Source: Eledone cirrhosa
Lineage: Eukaryota
Length of the DNA: 64,000 nucleotides
Direction: 5' to 3'
Assembly (NCBI GenBank): GCA_964016885.1
Contig: OZ024740.1
Span: 195,920,001 to 195,984,000 of the forward strand
Shown here: one piece after another, positions 14,172 through 27,586 of the stretch
How the letters are laid out: every line of letters begins with the position of its first letter
Numbering within the stretch: the stretch's first letter is position 1
The notes under the pieces: generated by a model
The model's input: the letters and a program-made list of their open reading frames with translations, nothing else
What the model was told of the DNA's origin: nothing
Databases searched by the model: none
Program-made: the position numbers and the translations under genes

Positions 14172-14806
14172 CGGTGGATTGGCAGTATCGGTAGAGGGTC
14201 GGACGCCATGCTTTCCAGCATAGAGTTACGGCCCTTTATGGTCTGAGTTCAAATCCCGCCGAGGTTAACTTTGCCTTTCATCCTTACGGGGTCGATAAAA
14301 TAAAGTACCAGTAATACACTGGGATAATTGCTGGCCTGGTGCCAAAAGTAGAAACAATTATTATTAGTCATAAGGGTGGTGGATTGGCAGTATCGGCAGG
14401 GAGTCGGACACCATGCTTTGCAGCATAGGGTTACGGCCCTTTATGATCTGAGTTCAAATCCCGCCGAGGTTAACTTTACCTTTCATCCTTACGGGGTCGA
14501 TAAAATAAAGTACCAGTTACACACTGGGGTCGATTAAATCGACTTTCCCCTCCCCAAAATTGCTGGTCTTGTGCCTATATAAGAAACCATTATTATTAGT
14601 CATAACAGAGCAGTGGATTGACAGTATCAGTAGGGCGTCAGACATAGAGTTGTGGTCCTTTGTTCTGATTTCAAATCCCACTGAGGTTAGCTTTGTCTTT
14701 CATCCTTATGGGATCAATAAAATAAAATTTCCAGTAATGCACTGGGGTCAATTTAATTGACTTTCCCTCCCCCAAAATTGTTCGCCTTGTGCCTAAATCA
14801 GAACCC
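14172..14806 (+). mobile_element. Three tandem family-A SINEs
   Basis: Head-to-tail copies; the middle copy has TSD ATTATTATTAGTCATAA at 14357-14373 / 14589-14605. Confidence 0.88.
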
Positions 14807-14814
14807 ATACTTAA

Positions 14815-15022
14815 CCATTTAACATGTTAACTGGCCGTATCCAGCCAGAATTCTCTCACCTCTTTCTGTTCAAACTGGCTGTAAGTAGCTGCTCGTACTG
14901 ATGTTAAGGTATTGTTCTCAAAATAAATAATATCAAAATCTCATAGATTCGATATTATGTGAGGTGGAGCCTTTACCATGAAAATACAATAGTAAATATA
15001 GAGTAATGTAAATGGTAATGGG
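14815..15022. mobile_element. piggyBac-type MITE, family 1
   Basis: TTAA on both sides, short CC..GG inverted termini; clearly homologous copy at 31290-31497. Confidence 0.7.
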
Positions 15023-18000
15023 TTAATTTATAAATTATAGTTGTAGTATTGTCATACTTTTTACATCTATTCTTCCATACTGCCATAAGTTGGATGGGAC
15101 TTTTTGAGGGAGTGTTTTATGGTTAGATACCCTTCCTACACTAATGTATTTAGTTACTTCTTATGTCACCCAGGAATATAGCATTTCCTTTGATAAACTG
15201 TCATTGTCTATTATCTAATTAACCCTATAGCATTCTGAGAAAATCATTAAACAGTAGAGATATATGAAAGATCAGAAATGGCTAAATCTACATAGAATAC
15301 TTCTAAGAATATAACCCTACAATAGAACCTTTTTACTTGTTCAATATAACAATCTCCCTTATTTTCCTAGCATTTTTAAAAAGCTGTGCATGTCTTTTAA
15401 GAATTAGATATTTCAGCAGTCTGTCTACTTACTGTAAATAAAGTTAAGAGGGTCACAGCTAGATTACTAATCACACTAATTAAATGATTAAGTTAGTGTT
15501 GCCATATTTAATGTAGGGAGCATTTAAAACATAACTGCTAAAAATGATGTAGTGAGGGTAAAAAATAAATAATAACCATTGACTAATATTATTTTGAGTT
15601 TTTCAGCAAGTATAGAAGACAACTCTGGGTATGTTTCTGTCTTAGTAGACTTTGTTAATGAAACATAGACTTCACTGTACCTATTGTACGTGACAAGGTT
15701 GGCTCTTTGAATTACAGGTAAAATTGATCTGACAATTTCTGTCCACTTAGTTTTATTCACTAGACTTGAGTCAACCTGAGTGTATGGTAAAAGACACATT
15801 CCTAAGTTGCCATGCATTGGAACAAAACTCGGAACCTCATGGTTGTGAAACAAACTTTTTAATCAGTTGGCCATGCTGTGTCGAAACACAATGTTTTTAC
15901 ATAACTGTACAATTTACTACAGAGAAGCAAAATAAGCAATGACTGTCACTTTATATGTTTGATCAACACCCAGAGTATGTATGAACATATGCATCTTAAA
16001 AACTACCAGGCATTAACTAACATCTGCTGAAATTGAAGCTTCACTACCTTTGTCAATATGGAGGCAACTTGGCTAAATGGTTAAGAAGTTCTGCAATCAT
16101 TAGCTCCTGGGATTGATCCCACTGCATGGAACTTCGGCAAATGATAATTCCCATAGTCTCAAATTGACCCATGTCTTGTGTGTAAAATTGAGTAGACAGA
16201 AACTATTTGGAAGCACATCAGAGAGACTATACCTGTAATTCAAAGTGGCAACCTTGTCACAAACTTTGTCATATTGAATCTCACTGAGAATTACATTAAA
16301 GATACACATATTTGTGGAGTGCTCAGCTACTTACATGTTAAGTTCATGAGCAGGCTGTTCCATTGGTTGAACAACTGAAACACTTATCATAGAAACTAAT
16401 GAAGGTCCATTCCATTCCTATGTCAATAATCATTGGACAAATAACATTTGCTGTACAGACTTCTACTCAATATGGCTGTTCTTCCAAAAACTATTTCAAA
16501 TGCCATTACAATCAATATTTATCTGTCCTCTAGGATATTGGTTATAGTACAGTAGATGGTTATTCATAATATATTTTAGTTGCAGCTTATGTCTTTATAA
16601 AATTGATTGTCAAGACTGTTCTTTGTTAACTCTAATGTATGTCTGCTCTAGTAATTAGTTTTGCTTTCTTTTTATACATTAAGACTATCAAACAAGTAGT
16701 AGATTGTTTATCATTTCGTTTGTTTGTGTTGTAATAGGTAATTAACAATCTTCATTAGCATGCTAAGTAAATTAATTACATTTAACAACTTGATATATTA
16801 TCTTTCATTACATCACATGTTAAAATGTCTGTTCAAATTTACAAAACATTGGTGTTGCTATTAGGCTAAAGATGTTTCCAGTTGCGACCACCCCATCTTT
16901 TTTATTATATTAAACACACCCGCCTGATGAGCCTCGTTTCTTGAGACAGACTTTAGACTTACTTTTTGGTTTTGGTCATGTTAGGGGTATAGCTGTACTC
17001 ACCACTCTTAGTCAATTGCGGGTTGGTGCGGCTATTTAATCCATAGTTAGGGTGGATGGCTAATGACCCATCCACCCTTGTTAGCTTGGGAAAGTGGATG
17101 TAAAAAAGACAATGAGGATGATAACAACGATGATGATGATGATAGCAATGACAAAAGCAGTATTTGCATTCAAAGTGTTTTCAGAATAATCTAAGTATTA
17201 CTCATATAAATATTGGTCGGTCATTACTCATATAAATATTGGTCGGTCTTATTATCTAAAAATGAAAGTTTTAATTTATTTTGTCATGAGATTTCATTTA
17301 ATTTGATACCTCTCTACTTTAACCAAATAATTATTCTGGGTGGTGGTTTGCTGGAAGAGTGCATATGATTCTTAAATTACTATATATTTATTTTTCATTT
17401 TTATAAGCAATTAACCTATTTAAAAAGAAATCTAATGATCATTGGTTGAAGGAAACTAATAACCTCTTTCATCAGATAATCTTTTCCAACCTTCTTACTT
17501 GATAACCTCATAATTTTATATTTGTTTCTAAAATAATTAACACTTATCCAGTTTACATTCTAACTTCATATACTCTATGAAATTACTATATTCACCTGTT
17601 TACTTTTAATTTAATTTAATAATAATCTATTCATCAAAGCACTGACACTTCATTTGGAAGTTTTCAAATAAAGTATTTTATTTGAGTATTTTATTTGTAA
17701 AAACAATATAATACCAGCCTAGATGCTTTTGGTGGAAGAAGGGCTTATTTTATTTGTGCTCTCTGGTTTCAGTTATGCATTATCATCCTAACAGGGTTTG
17801 TATTATGATTATACTAGTGTTCAAATTCATTAAACTATAACCCCACCCCACCCTGTCTTCTACAAATGTTGGCCTTCTGCCTTAGTTTACAGAAATAAAT
17901 ATACAAATATCAACACTCTGAAACTAATGTTTAACCAAATTGCTTAGCTCTTGAACAGTTATCAGCTATACAGGAAATATCAGTGACATAGCTAATGCAT

Positions 18001-18526
18001 ACACACTCATACATGCACAAACACACACTCTACTACATGTGTTGAATATTCATGGCATAGATACAGAGTGGTTGTATTTATTTTAAAAAAACAATTACTC
18101 TTGCAGAACTAGTCTTGTTTACTTCACAACAGAATTTAATACTCTGATTGATGCCATGAAAGGTCTGCTGTCTGTTTGTGGTTCCACTGCACTTATCATC
18201 ATCACCACCACCATATAATACCTTATTTTTCCATGCTTGCATGGGTTAGAGGGGTTGTCCATATTATGAGGAGACAAATCTATCCACTTGGCTGCACTGT
18301 CCCTTGCTCAAACAGAATTATATTTTAGCTGAGTTTTTTACTGCTGGAAGCCCTTCCTAACACCAACCACATTTACAGTGTGGAACTGAGTGATTTTGCT
18401 ATAAGGAGGCTCTGGCCAGTTGGCCAAGCCATACCTTGCTCATAGCAGAGCCGTATTTTGGGAGTTATGTATATATCATCATCATTTTATGTCCGCTTTT
18501 CCTTGCTTGCAAGGGTGGGATGGGAA

Positions 18527-18582
<56 letters not shown>

Positions 18583-19516
18583 ATGTATATATTGCTAGAT
18601 ATTCCTTTAATTACATTGCTACTAATATTGTTGTCTGTTCATAGCACTTCAATTAAGGACTTTATGCTCACTTCATGTTGCTTGTTAAAACCATATTGGT
18701 AATAAATCCTTTTATCCTGGTATTACATTTCAAGATCAATAGTTTTTCCATTGTGCAAAGACTATTGAAAGCATTTTATTATGTCTAACTTGGTGCTTTA
18801 TCTAATAGTTGCCACTTTTTACTTTCTCTTTGAATTATTTGGTGTATATTCATATAGGCTACTACTTCTGTGTTGTTACTGTGGTTGTATGTCTATTTTT
18901 GTATATGCATTTCAATGTCTGTGTAATTGTGTATTTATTGTATACATGCTTCCAACTTTGCAGTATCACACATTTTTTCAACTGTTAATATGTATGCATG
19001 TGTATATGTGTCTATTTCTACTCAATAACTTGAGTAAAATAATTTCAACTCTCTCTTATGAAGTATTGTATAACAGTGTAAGAATAGATATAACACTGTA
19101 CTGGCATCTAGTAGTTTCGAAGAAACTATTAAATATAAAAGATGCATACAATGAAATAGGAGGAAATGTAGAAGACAAATCATGTGGTGCAACCCTCTTT
19201 TTTGATAAATGTATGAACATTGTTAAGTAAGAACATGTTATTCTCCTGGAAATAGAAGAAAATATTTAATACAAATTTGCTTGAAATAAGTTATTCTACA
19301 CTAATGAATTTCACTTATATTATAACAATAATAAAAATGTAATGAAGAATTTAAATCACCAATAGAATACTGAAATGCAATTGCCACTCAGAATGTATAG
19401 AAAGTATAGAATGTATAGAAAGTATAGAAACTTCTTGGAATCATCTATTATATATGCAGTCAGTCACGCCAACACTGGACCAAAATATAATTGATTATGT
19501 AGATATGACTTCAGAG

Positions 19517-19728
19517 TGGTGGATTGACAGGATCGGTAGAGTATCAGACAACATACTTTGTGACATGTAATTACGTCCCTTTACGTTCTGAGTTCAAATA
19601 CCGCCAAGGTTAACTTTGTCTTTCACCCTTACAGGATTAATAAAATTAAGTACCAGTAATGCACTGTCGATTTAATCAACTTTCTCCTTTCCCAAAATTG
19701 TTGGTCTTGCATAAATCAGAAACCATTA
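19517..19728 (+). mobile_element. Family-A SINE
   Basis: Same head, core and tail motifs as the other family-A copies. Confidence 0.8.
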
Positions 19729-20476
19729 TGTAGATATGACTGCAAACAGATTAAGAGCATAACTATACATCTAGAACATTTCAGAGAATAAGGGTTACAA
19801 AACTTGCAGCACATAGATAGTTCTTGAAAAATAATAATATACGTCATGTCATTAGATATCAAATGTTTTTTGTATTCTTTGCTCAATAACAAAACTATTG
19901 AAATATAACACCAGTATATTAAATAGGCACGCAGAATTAATATCTTCATGCCCACATATGCACAAATACCTACTTAAAAACATTAATGATATCCTAATCG
20001 AAATACATGATGTCACATGTTACTTTCTTTTGATGCCGTATTTGTTATGGCCAATTTCATTTTCTATCTTCTACTTTTTCTTCAAAAAGTATTCCATATC
20101 CTATTAATTTCATAATAACATTAAAGGGACGTCATTTCATTAATAATTTAGTAAGTCATTAAACAACAACTTTATAAATAATAGATTGGAAATGCATAAA
20201 GTGGATTGGCTACTATAACTGCTCCACACATCCATTTTTTTAGACACTTGGACCAGTTAGGAAAGAACATCGGTTCATTTTTGTTTTAAACTGTTTTCGT
20301 TTTACATTTGAAAAGAGGGTAATATCCCTGAAATATCATGTTGAAATATATTGGGTAAAACATTACTTTGTTTTGATTTATTTGTCATCCTTTGCCCTTT
20401 ATATATTTCTACCGCATTGTACCAGCTTTCTGAAACTTATCAGTCAGCCTTATATATATCATAATAGTCTAAATAG

Positions 20477-20871
20477 CTAACTTGGTCTCTCCATGAAATT
20501 TTCAATGTTGCATTCGGACCATATTGAAAATTTCAAGGAGAGACCAAGTTAGCAACGATGAAGTGATGAGGAGTTCAGGATTGGAGAGGTTAAGGGACAT
20601 TGTCCGGAAAAGGAGACGGCGGTTCGCGGGCCACATCCTTCGTTTGCCGGCAGATCGACCTGCTCATATTGCCATGGATTGGGTACCAGAAGGTGGCAGG
20701 AGAGAACGGGGAAGACCACGAAAAACATGGCGGAGCACATTCAGGAAGGACCTGCGGGAGATGGGAATTACCTGGAGAGGTGCTAGAAGGGCTGCCAGTG
20801 ACAGGATCAAGTGGAGGAAGCTCGTCGCCCAATGTTCCACAAGGGACTGGAGGAACTAAGACTAAGACTAA
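20477..20871 (+). mobile_element. 5'-truncated RTE-clade LINE (separate family) with fold-back 5' end
   Basis: ORF fragment RRRRFAGHILRL...GRPRKTW typical of an RTE C-terminus; (CTAAGA)n tail; TSD AGTCTAAATAG at 20466-20476 / 20872-20882. Confidence 0.88.
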
Positions 20872-21654
20872 AGTCTAAATAGAATATTCCAATTGAAAAT
20901 ATGTGTATTTCCCACACACATGCAGGTATGTGCATGTGCAACAGGCTTTTGAACAACTTCCATCTATCAAATTCCACTCACAACATATTGGTTAACCTGA
21001 GGCTGTAGTAAAAGACACTCATTCAAGGTTCCTCACAATGGGTCAAAGCTGGAACCACATGATTGCAAAACAAACTTCTTAAAGCACCCGTACACAGCCA
21101 TGCTTGTATCTTTGACCATAGGGCAGCTAGATCAGACTGACCTGGGGCCAAGCAACAACTATTGTGTTGCCAAGATTCTTATATTCTGTGTTTTCCTGTT
21201 TTACAGTTAGTCATATAAATCCAGTTTGATTTTCAGTTTTTACTGATTATTAATACTGATTGTTTTATCTTATTAGTAGAGTCAAATACAATTATATCAA
21301 TCTCTTATAATGAAGTTCTAATATCATTAGAGACAGAAAGAGAGAAATAATGAAGCTCTAATATCATTAGAGAGAGTGAGAACAACTCTAATATCATTAT
21401 ACAGGGAGAGGGAGGGGGCAACAGCAATACTGAAAACAATAACAGTAGCTAGCTACGTTAAGCATTTTTCACCTCACTGATATGATTAAGTACTTTGGAT
21501 GTATTGTAATTAATATAAAATCTGAGTGATTTACTGAAGCTATTATTGCTGAGGTTGACCTCCTGTTCACCTGAGCAGCTGAATGGCCAAGTAAGCTCAC
21601 TGCTGTAGGAGGAAATCAATGATGGTGTTTGTTTGTTTGTGTATTATATATAAT

Positions 21655-22170
21655 ACACATGAACCACAAACACATGTATATATACACACACACCATAAAC
21701 ACATGCATACACACACACCACAAACACATGCATACACACACACCACAAACACATGTATATACACACACACCACATGTACATCTCTCTTTTTCTTGACATG
21801 TACACATATAGACATTCAATCCATGTCAAATACACCGCACAAGCACCTCACATACACATTGTATATTTTCTCCTCCTCAATCTACCCCTTTCTTTCTCTG
21901 TCTCTCTCACACGCACAAAATATTCCTCACACACTCACACATTTCATACTCACACACACTACATATTTCTCACACATACACACTCACTCACTCACACACA
22001 CTACATATTTCTCACACTCACTCACTCACTCTACATATTTCTCACACATACATACTACATATTTCTCACATACATACACACATTCATACACAATACATAT
22101 TTGACTCACACAGACACTGCATATTTCTCACACACACCACAGTATTTTCTCTCCCACTACATATTTGATA
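21655..22170. repeat. Degenerate CA-rich micro/minisatellite
   Basis: Imperfect CACACCACAAACACATG and CACACTACATATTTCTCACA units. Confidence 0.75.
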
Positions 22171-22476
22171 TTTCAGAAGAACAACTATATCATTTAGTTG
22201 TAGCATATGTATTGATTTCTCAGCTTGGCACCATCTCCTCACAAAGTTGCTGAGAAGTTGTTACAGTCTTTTGAATCATCTCAGGTACATGTCTGTTGAA
22301 TATTTTATTGACCTCCAGGGGAACCAAAGACAAAATTACTAATACTATATTGATTTCTAATGTAAGTACCTGAATACAGAGATTTTGTTGGTGGTTCTTT
22401 AGTTGAATTGACCTCAATACCATACTGGTACTTGGTTTCATCAATGATTCCCTCTCCCAAATTTGTAGTCTTAGGT

Positions 22477-23143
22477 CAGTAGTTCCCAACCAGGGGTTTG
22501 TGAACCCTGGGGGTTTGTAAAGATAGAACTGGGGCCAGGTGAGCTAAATTCAAAATTTCAAGGGCTTTATTAAAAACGTAATATACATACACTATTAGGT
22601 ATCCATTTTTCTCTGATTATTATTATTGGCAGTATCGGTAGAGGGTCTGATTGTCATGCTTTCCAGCATAGTTACGTCCCTTTATGGTCTCAGTTCAAAT
22701 CCCGTCGAGGTTAACTTTGCCTTTCATCCTTCCGGGGTTGATAAAATAAAATACCAGTAATGCACTGGGATAATTGCTGGCCTTGTGCCAATATTATAAA
22801 CAATTATTATCACCTTAGCAATCTTGGAGAGAATTAATGGCAGTAGAGGTGTGGATTCATTGGAAAATTCATTTAACCCTTTTGTTTCTAATGAAAAGAC
22901 ACTCTCTATACTTTTGAAAATGGTCAAAAATTAGGAAGGATTCAGTAATATAACTAACCTTCTTATTATTAAGCTGATGTTTGGATTATAATATAACAAA
23001 GGTTCTTACATAAAATTATGATAGGTTTTTAGTTAAATATAAATACTTTAAAATATATAGTTTTATATCATAGAACTAGAGCCAGATTCAGGCAGTTTGG
23101 TGTTAAAAGGAGTCTTTCACAGTGAGAAGTTTCAGGACCACTG
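22477..23143. mobile_element. Old hAT-type MITE with a nested family-A SINE (22627-22808) and piggyBac-type MITE (~22877-23110)
   Basis: Termini CAGTAGTTCCCAACC / AGTTTCAGGACCACTG; imperfect 8-bp TSD TCTTAGGT / TCTTGGGC. Confidence 0.6.
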
Positions 23144-23264
23144 TCTTGGGCTTATACTAGATATAATTTAATGGCAATCAACTGTGGGACTATGGAGTAC
23201 ATTCAACTGTGGGACTATGGAGAATTTCCAGAAACCTCTAGCCTAGTAGAAACGAATAAAAACA

Positions 23265-23425
23265 TTGCTTGTTTGGGATTGACTCTACAGGCACAGCAAC
23301 AGTGTTAGCCTAGCCTGTCCAAGGTGTGCACTGGACAAGGAAACCATTCTGTATGTATTTATTCAATGTTTGGGTGGTTCTTGTGGAGTTATGGCAGATA
23401 GCTGTTGCCACATGTCCGAGAATAG
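23265..23425 (+). mobile_element. Degenerate Tx1/L1-type LINE fragment (zinc-knuckle region)
   Basis: Translates LYRHSNSVSLACPRCALDKETILYVFIQC, a decayed CxxC..ETxxH..C motif. Confidence 0.5.
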
Positions 23426-23747
23426 GACTGCTCAGCATGAGCCTGTAAATTGGGGGTAATCCTGGATCTATTTGGTTCTGTAATTAGCCTTGGGTCTCTG
23501 TTCCATTACTGGATGATCTCATTCCACACTTTTTATATACTTTCTTTTTAAAGTGCTTCTTTTACATAATCAATTTTTCATAAAATCCCTTCAATTAATA
23601 ATTTATGTGATTTCTATTTTGGAAAAAGCTTGCTCATATAAAACGCCAATATTCTCTATGAAAGCAAAATCTTTAGTAAATATATTAAATAGGATATTTC
23701 GAAATGCAACATTTTAATTCTATGTTTATCGTTCGAAGCATATACAA

Positions 23748-23998
23748 TCCTTTTGTTACCTAATTTCTAATGAAAGATACTTACTATAATTTTCAATAAA
23801 TTTTGAAAATAACCAAGAATTTAGTAATACTGTATAACTAACTTTCTCATTATTAAGCTGATGTTCGGAATGTAACTTAACAAAGGTTCTTAGATATAAC
23901 TATGATAGAAGATTTTTAAATATAAATACTTTAAAAAAAACATATTTGCATTGTAGAACCAAGAGCAGTCTCAGGTGGGTGAGTACCAAAATAGTTTA
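23748..23998. mobile_element. piggyBac-type MITE, family 2 (degenerate)
   Basis: Homologous to ~22877-23110 and, inverted, to 26653-26830 and 26890-27109. Confidence 0.6.
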
Positions 23999-24180
23999 AC
24001 CTACAAGAACTGAGGTAATGACTGAGTAGTTAACTTGTTGCTTGTCTACAAAGACCAACAGTTGAAACTATGGATTTTACATTGTGCATTGTACTATCAT
24101 TATAGTTGTTGCTTAGTTTAGGTCAACCTCAATTAAGCAGAACTATATAAAAGCATGACCAATATATACATATGTATATA

Positions 24181-25062
24181 CAAGGTGCGGACGATATTTG
24201 TTCGCAAGATTACTGTCTAGGAAAAATTAACACAGTAGTTTTATTTTTTAAGATTTATTTATCAAACTTGGGTCAGTTTGTCTTCATGACTTGTTCTTTC
24301 GTTCTCACTCGATAAACCCGCCATTGGCTTTGATGACGGCCTCGGAACCGGCTACAGGCCTTCGTTGCTGTCCCCCCGACTTAGGCCCCTAAAGGCACTT
24401 GTGATCCTGGCCTTCAGATCGTCTTTCGTATTGCAGCTAGATCTGTTGGTGTCTCGTTCCACTGCGCCCCACACAAAGAAGTTGAGGGGGTTGCAGTCAG
24501 GCAAGCTGGGAGGCCAGATGTCAGGTGAAGTGTGGTCGACGAAGTTCTCTGACAGCCAGGCTTGGGTCTTTCGGCTGGTATGGCAGGGCGCTGAGTCTTG
24601 CTGCCACACGTACGGCCTACCTGCAGCTACCTGGTTGATCCAGGGCTTTACTACCTCACTCAGAACGCGGATGTAGCCATCGGTGTTCAGCTTGAGGCCC
24701 TCAGGGAAGAACTGAGGTGGCATGACGTCACCTTGACTGCTGACGACACCTAAGACCAATGTTGTCACTGGAAACTTTGTCTGCATGACTCTGGGCACGT
24801 CTTTGGATAAGACAGCGACCCACCTGTTGTTCTGGGAGTTGATCTTCTGGTCTTATTTGTCCTCCCGGCGCAGATTCCAAGAAAAACTCTGTGTCTCTTC
24901 CACAAATTTGGAGGTTCAAAATTATTCATAATCAATTATTCTAAAAATAAATAATGGAAATATAGTCACTGTTTTTATGAAGACAAGAGTGACAACGGAA
25001 ATAAAATAAATTTGCATAAAATTAGCAGTTGAAAATTGCGAACAAATATCGTCTGCACCCTG
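24181..25062 (-). mobile_element. Internally deleted Tc1/mariner DD37D (maT-type) transposon
   Basis: 27-bp TIRs at 24181-24207 / 25036-25062 (25/27 match); TA on both sides; transposase remnant inside. Confidence 0.92.
24352..24798 (-). pseudogene. DD37D transposase C-terminal remnant
   Basis: VWQQDSAPCH...WPPSLPDCNPLN: 37 residues between the second catalytic D and the third position, which is N here; N-terminal HTH and first D are missing. Confidence 0.88.
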
Positions 25063-25085
25063 TATATATTTATATATATATATAT

Positions 25086-25891
25086 AAATGAATGAAAAAA
25101 TGGTGTGCTGCATTGTTGCGAGTGTGATACATATGAATGAAAATAGACCGAGAAACGGCACTGTCCATCATCAGTAGTCTGCTGATTATCATTGGTATTT
25201 CTTCGCATTAAAGTCTAGATACCTCAAAATCAGAGCGAGCGATAACTAAAATAAGTTATCAGGACAGAGCGAATTGGAAGGGGAAAGTAAACAAACAACA
25301 TAGTAGTAATGCAACATAAAGAGAGGAGACGAGAGACAAGTCAATGAATCTTGTGGACTTAAGTCCGAACAAATCAATCGACGAGAAGAGGCAGACACGT
25401 AGCACACCATTTTTTTCATTCAGATATAATTTTTTCCCCTCGCTGTGGTTCGTATTTTTTCTATTACCTTACTGACTGCTATCCTCTTTCTCTCTCCCCC
25501 TTCTCTCTCCTTGTACCTCTTGCTTTCTTTCACCCCCTCTGCTGGTCACACATTCTCGGCTGGCCTCTTCCTCACACTTTCACTCACTCACTCTCTGCTA
25601 CTCCCCCTCTCTCACTTCCTCCAGTCTGACATGTGTGAAATCCTTTTCTCTCTCATCGGACGCGTCTGCCTCTTCTCGTCGATTGACTTGTCTCTCGTCT
25701 CCTCTCTTTATGTTGCATTACTACTATGTTGTTTGTTTACTTTCCCCTTCCAATTCGCTCTGTCCCGATAACTTATTTTAGTTATCGCTCGCACTAATTT
25801 TGAGGTATCTAGTCTCTAATGTGAAGAAATACCAATGATAATCAGCAGACTACTGATGATGGACAGTCCCGTTTCTCGGTCTATTTTCATT

Positions 25892-25896
<5 letters not shown>
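25086..25896. mobile_element. Fold-back element, probable Penelope-like remnant with inverted arms
   Basis: Inverted arms ~25131-25400 / 25660-25896 between (TA)n tracts; the arms carry CTGATGA followed by TGGACAGTCC (25853-25869). Confidence 0.55.
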
Positions 25897-25926
<30 letters not shown>

Positions 25927-26652
25927 TTAATATATAATATAGAAATATTATATATTAAATATACTTATACTCTGCTATGTATTGAGTACCTTACCGATTG
26001 AACCCGGGATAAACTTATATATATTGGTCATGCTTTTCATAATTTTGGCTGGGTTTTATATAGTTCTGCTTAATTGAGGTTGACCTAAACTAAACCCAGA
26101 AAGCTGGTAGAAGGTATTCTTGCTAAAACTCTAACAACCTCCCAAATTCGATGCCTCAATTTCATATTCTACAAAATCTGAAAATAAGATGATATATTTT
26201 CTTCCCATCTATATCACTTTGCCAAATGAAACAGCTGTTTTGATAAGGAGAAATGTTTTGAAGCTGTTCTTTTTATGTTATTTTATTTTATTTATTTTAT
26301 TGTATATTTATTCAATTATTTCAAATAGTAGTTGTTAAACTGTTAAAGTATGTACCAGCTTAAATTTAGTAAGTGGTTCACTGCTTATTAAAATACATTT
26401 AGTACAGTGTGGGAACAGTGTATACCAATAGAGTCTGTGAGAGAGTGGCAGACAGAGTGATATAGGGTTTATGGAATTAGTTTCTCTGTTGATGATGACT
26501 CAGCAATACTCTAATTAGGAAGTGTGTGTGTACAGATTGCTTTAACATATACTATTATAATATATATATATATATATTTTTAGTTAGCTTTTTCATGTTC
26601 CCTGCATTAGATATGTTAACACCACATATATATCTTGGTACTAACAATGTAA

Positions 26653-27109
26653 CCCTTTTCATACCAACCTGGTCAAACTGGCTCTGGTTCTATGAAACAA
26701 AGCCACCCACATAAAAGGGTTCCTATTTAAATTAAAATTTCCAACATAATTTTATAAAAGCCATGTATTAAGTTACTATCTTAGATTTGATATAGAATTA
26801 ATTCTATTAGAAACGGGGCCACAGAAAGGTTATGTATGTTAACATCAACAACACTATTATAGTATATATAATACATACCGGCAATTTAACCCTTTAGTTA
26901 CCAACCTGGCCAAAACTGGTTCTGGTTCTATGAAATAAAACCACTCATTTTAAAGGTTTCCAATTTAATTAAAAATCTTCCAACATAATTTTATACAAGA
27001 ACCTTACATTAATTTACTATCTTAGTAATGAAATAATTAATAATTTTAGTAAATCCCTCAAAATAGAGTATTTCATTAGTATTTCATTAGAAATGTGGCC
27101 ATGAAAGGG
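26653..27109. mobile_element. Two adjacent piggyBac-type MITEs, family 2
   Basis: 26890-27109 reads TTAA-CCCTTT...AAAGGG-TTAA; 26653-26830 is a shorter homologue. Confidence 0.7.
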
Positions 27110-27402
27110 TTAAAGAATTAACCTTTTTTCAACTCCTTCAAATTTGAGTGTTTTTAACCAATGGGAGCTGAGAAATTAAAACAAAAAGGGAGGTGGGGGC
27201 AATGTTCATATATAGCTAAAATTTCATTTTTGTTGAAAACACATTTTTGATAAAGAATTCTCAAGCATTTGTTGCTATTATGGTGTTAAAACGCTATAAT
27301 AATACCTCACTTGGATCTATCATGAGAGGGCAAGCTTATGATCAAAGATATTTCAGCTATGACCATCCCATTTTATTTTCAAACAGTACATCTAGAACAA
27401 CA

Positions 27403-27586
27403 GGATTGGCAGTATCGGTAGAGGGTCGGACGCCATGCTTTCCAGCATAGTTACGTCCCTTTACGATCTGAGTTCAAATCCCGCCAAGGTTGACTTTGCC
27501 TTTCATCCTTACGGGGTCGATAAAATAAAGTACCAGTAATGCACTGGGTATTTGCTGGCCTTGTGCCTAAAGTAGAAACAATTATT
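27403..27586 (+). mobile_element. Family-A SINE
   Basis: Well-preserved head, core and tail. Confidence 0.85.

Noticed and set aside
16915-16960. CTGATGA plus a short hairpin as a hammerhead
   Set aside because: No GAAA or stem III follows
20305-20345. AGGG..CCCT-GAAA hairpin as a hammerhead
   Set aside because: The CUGANGA core is absent; at most a very decayed remnant
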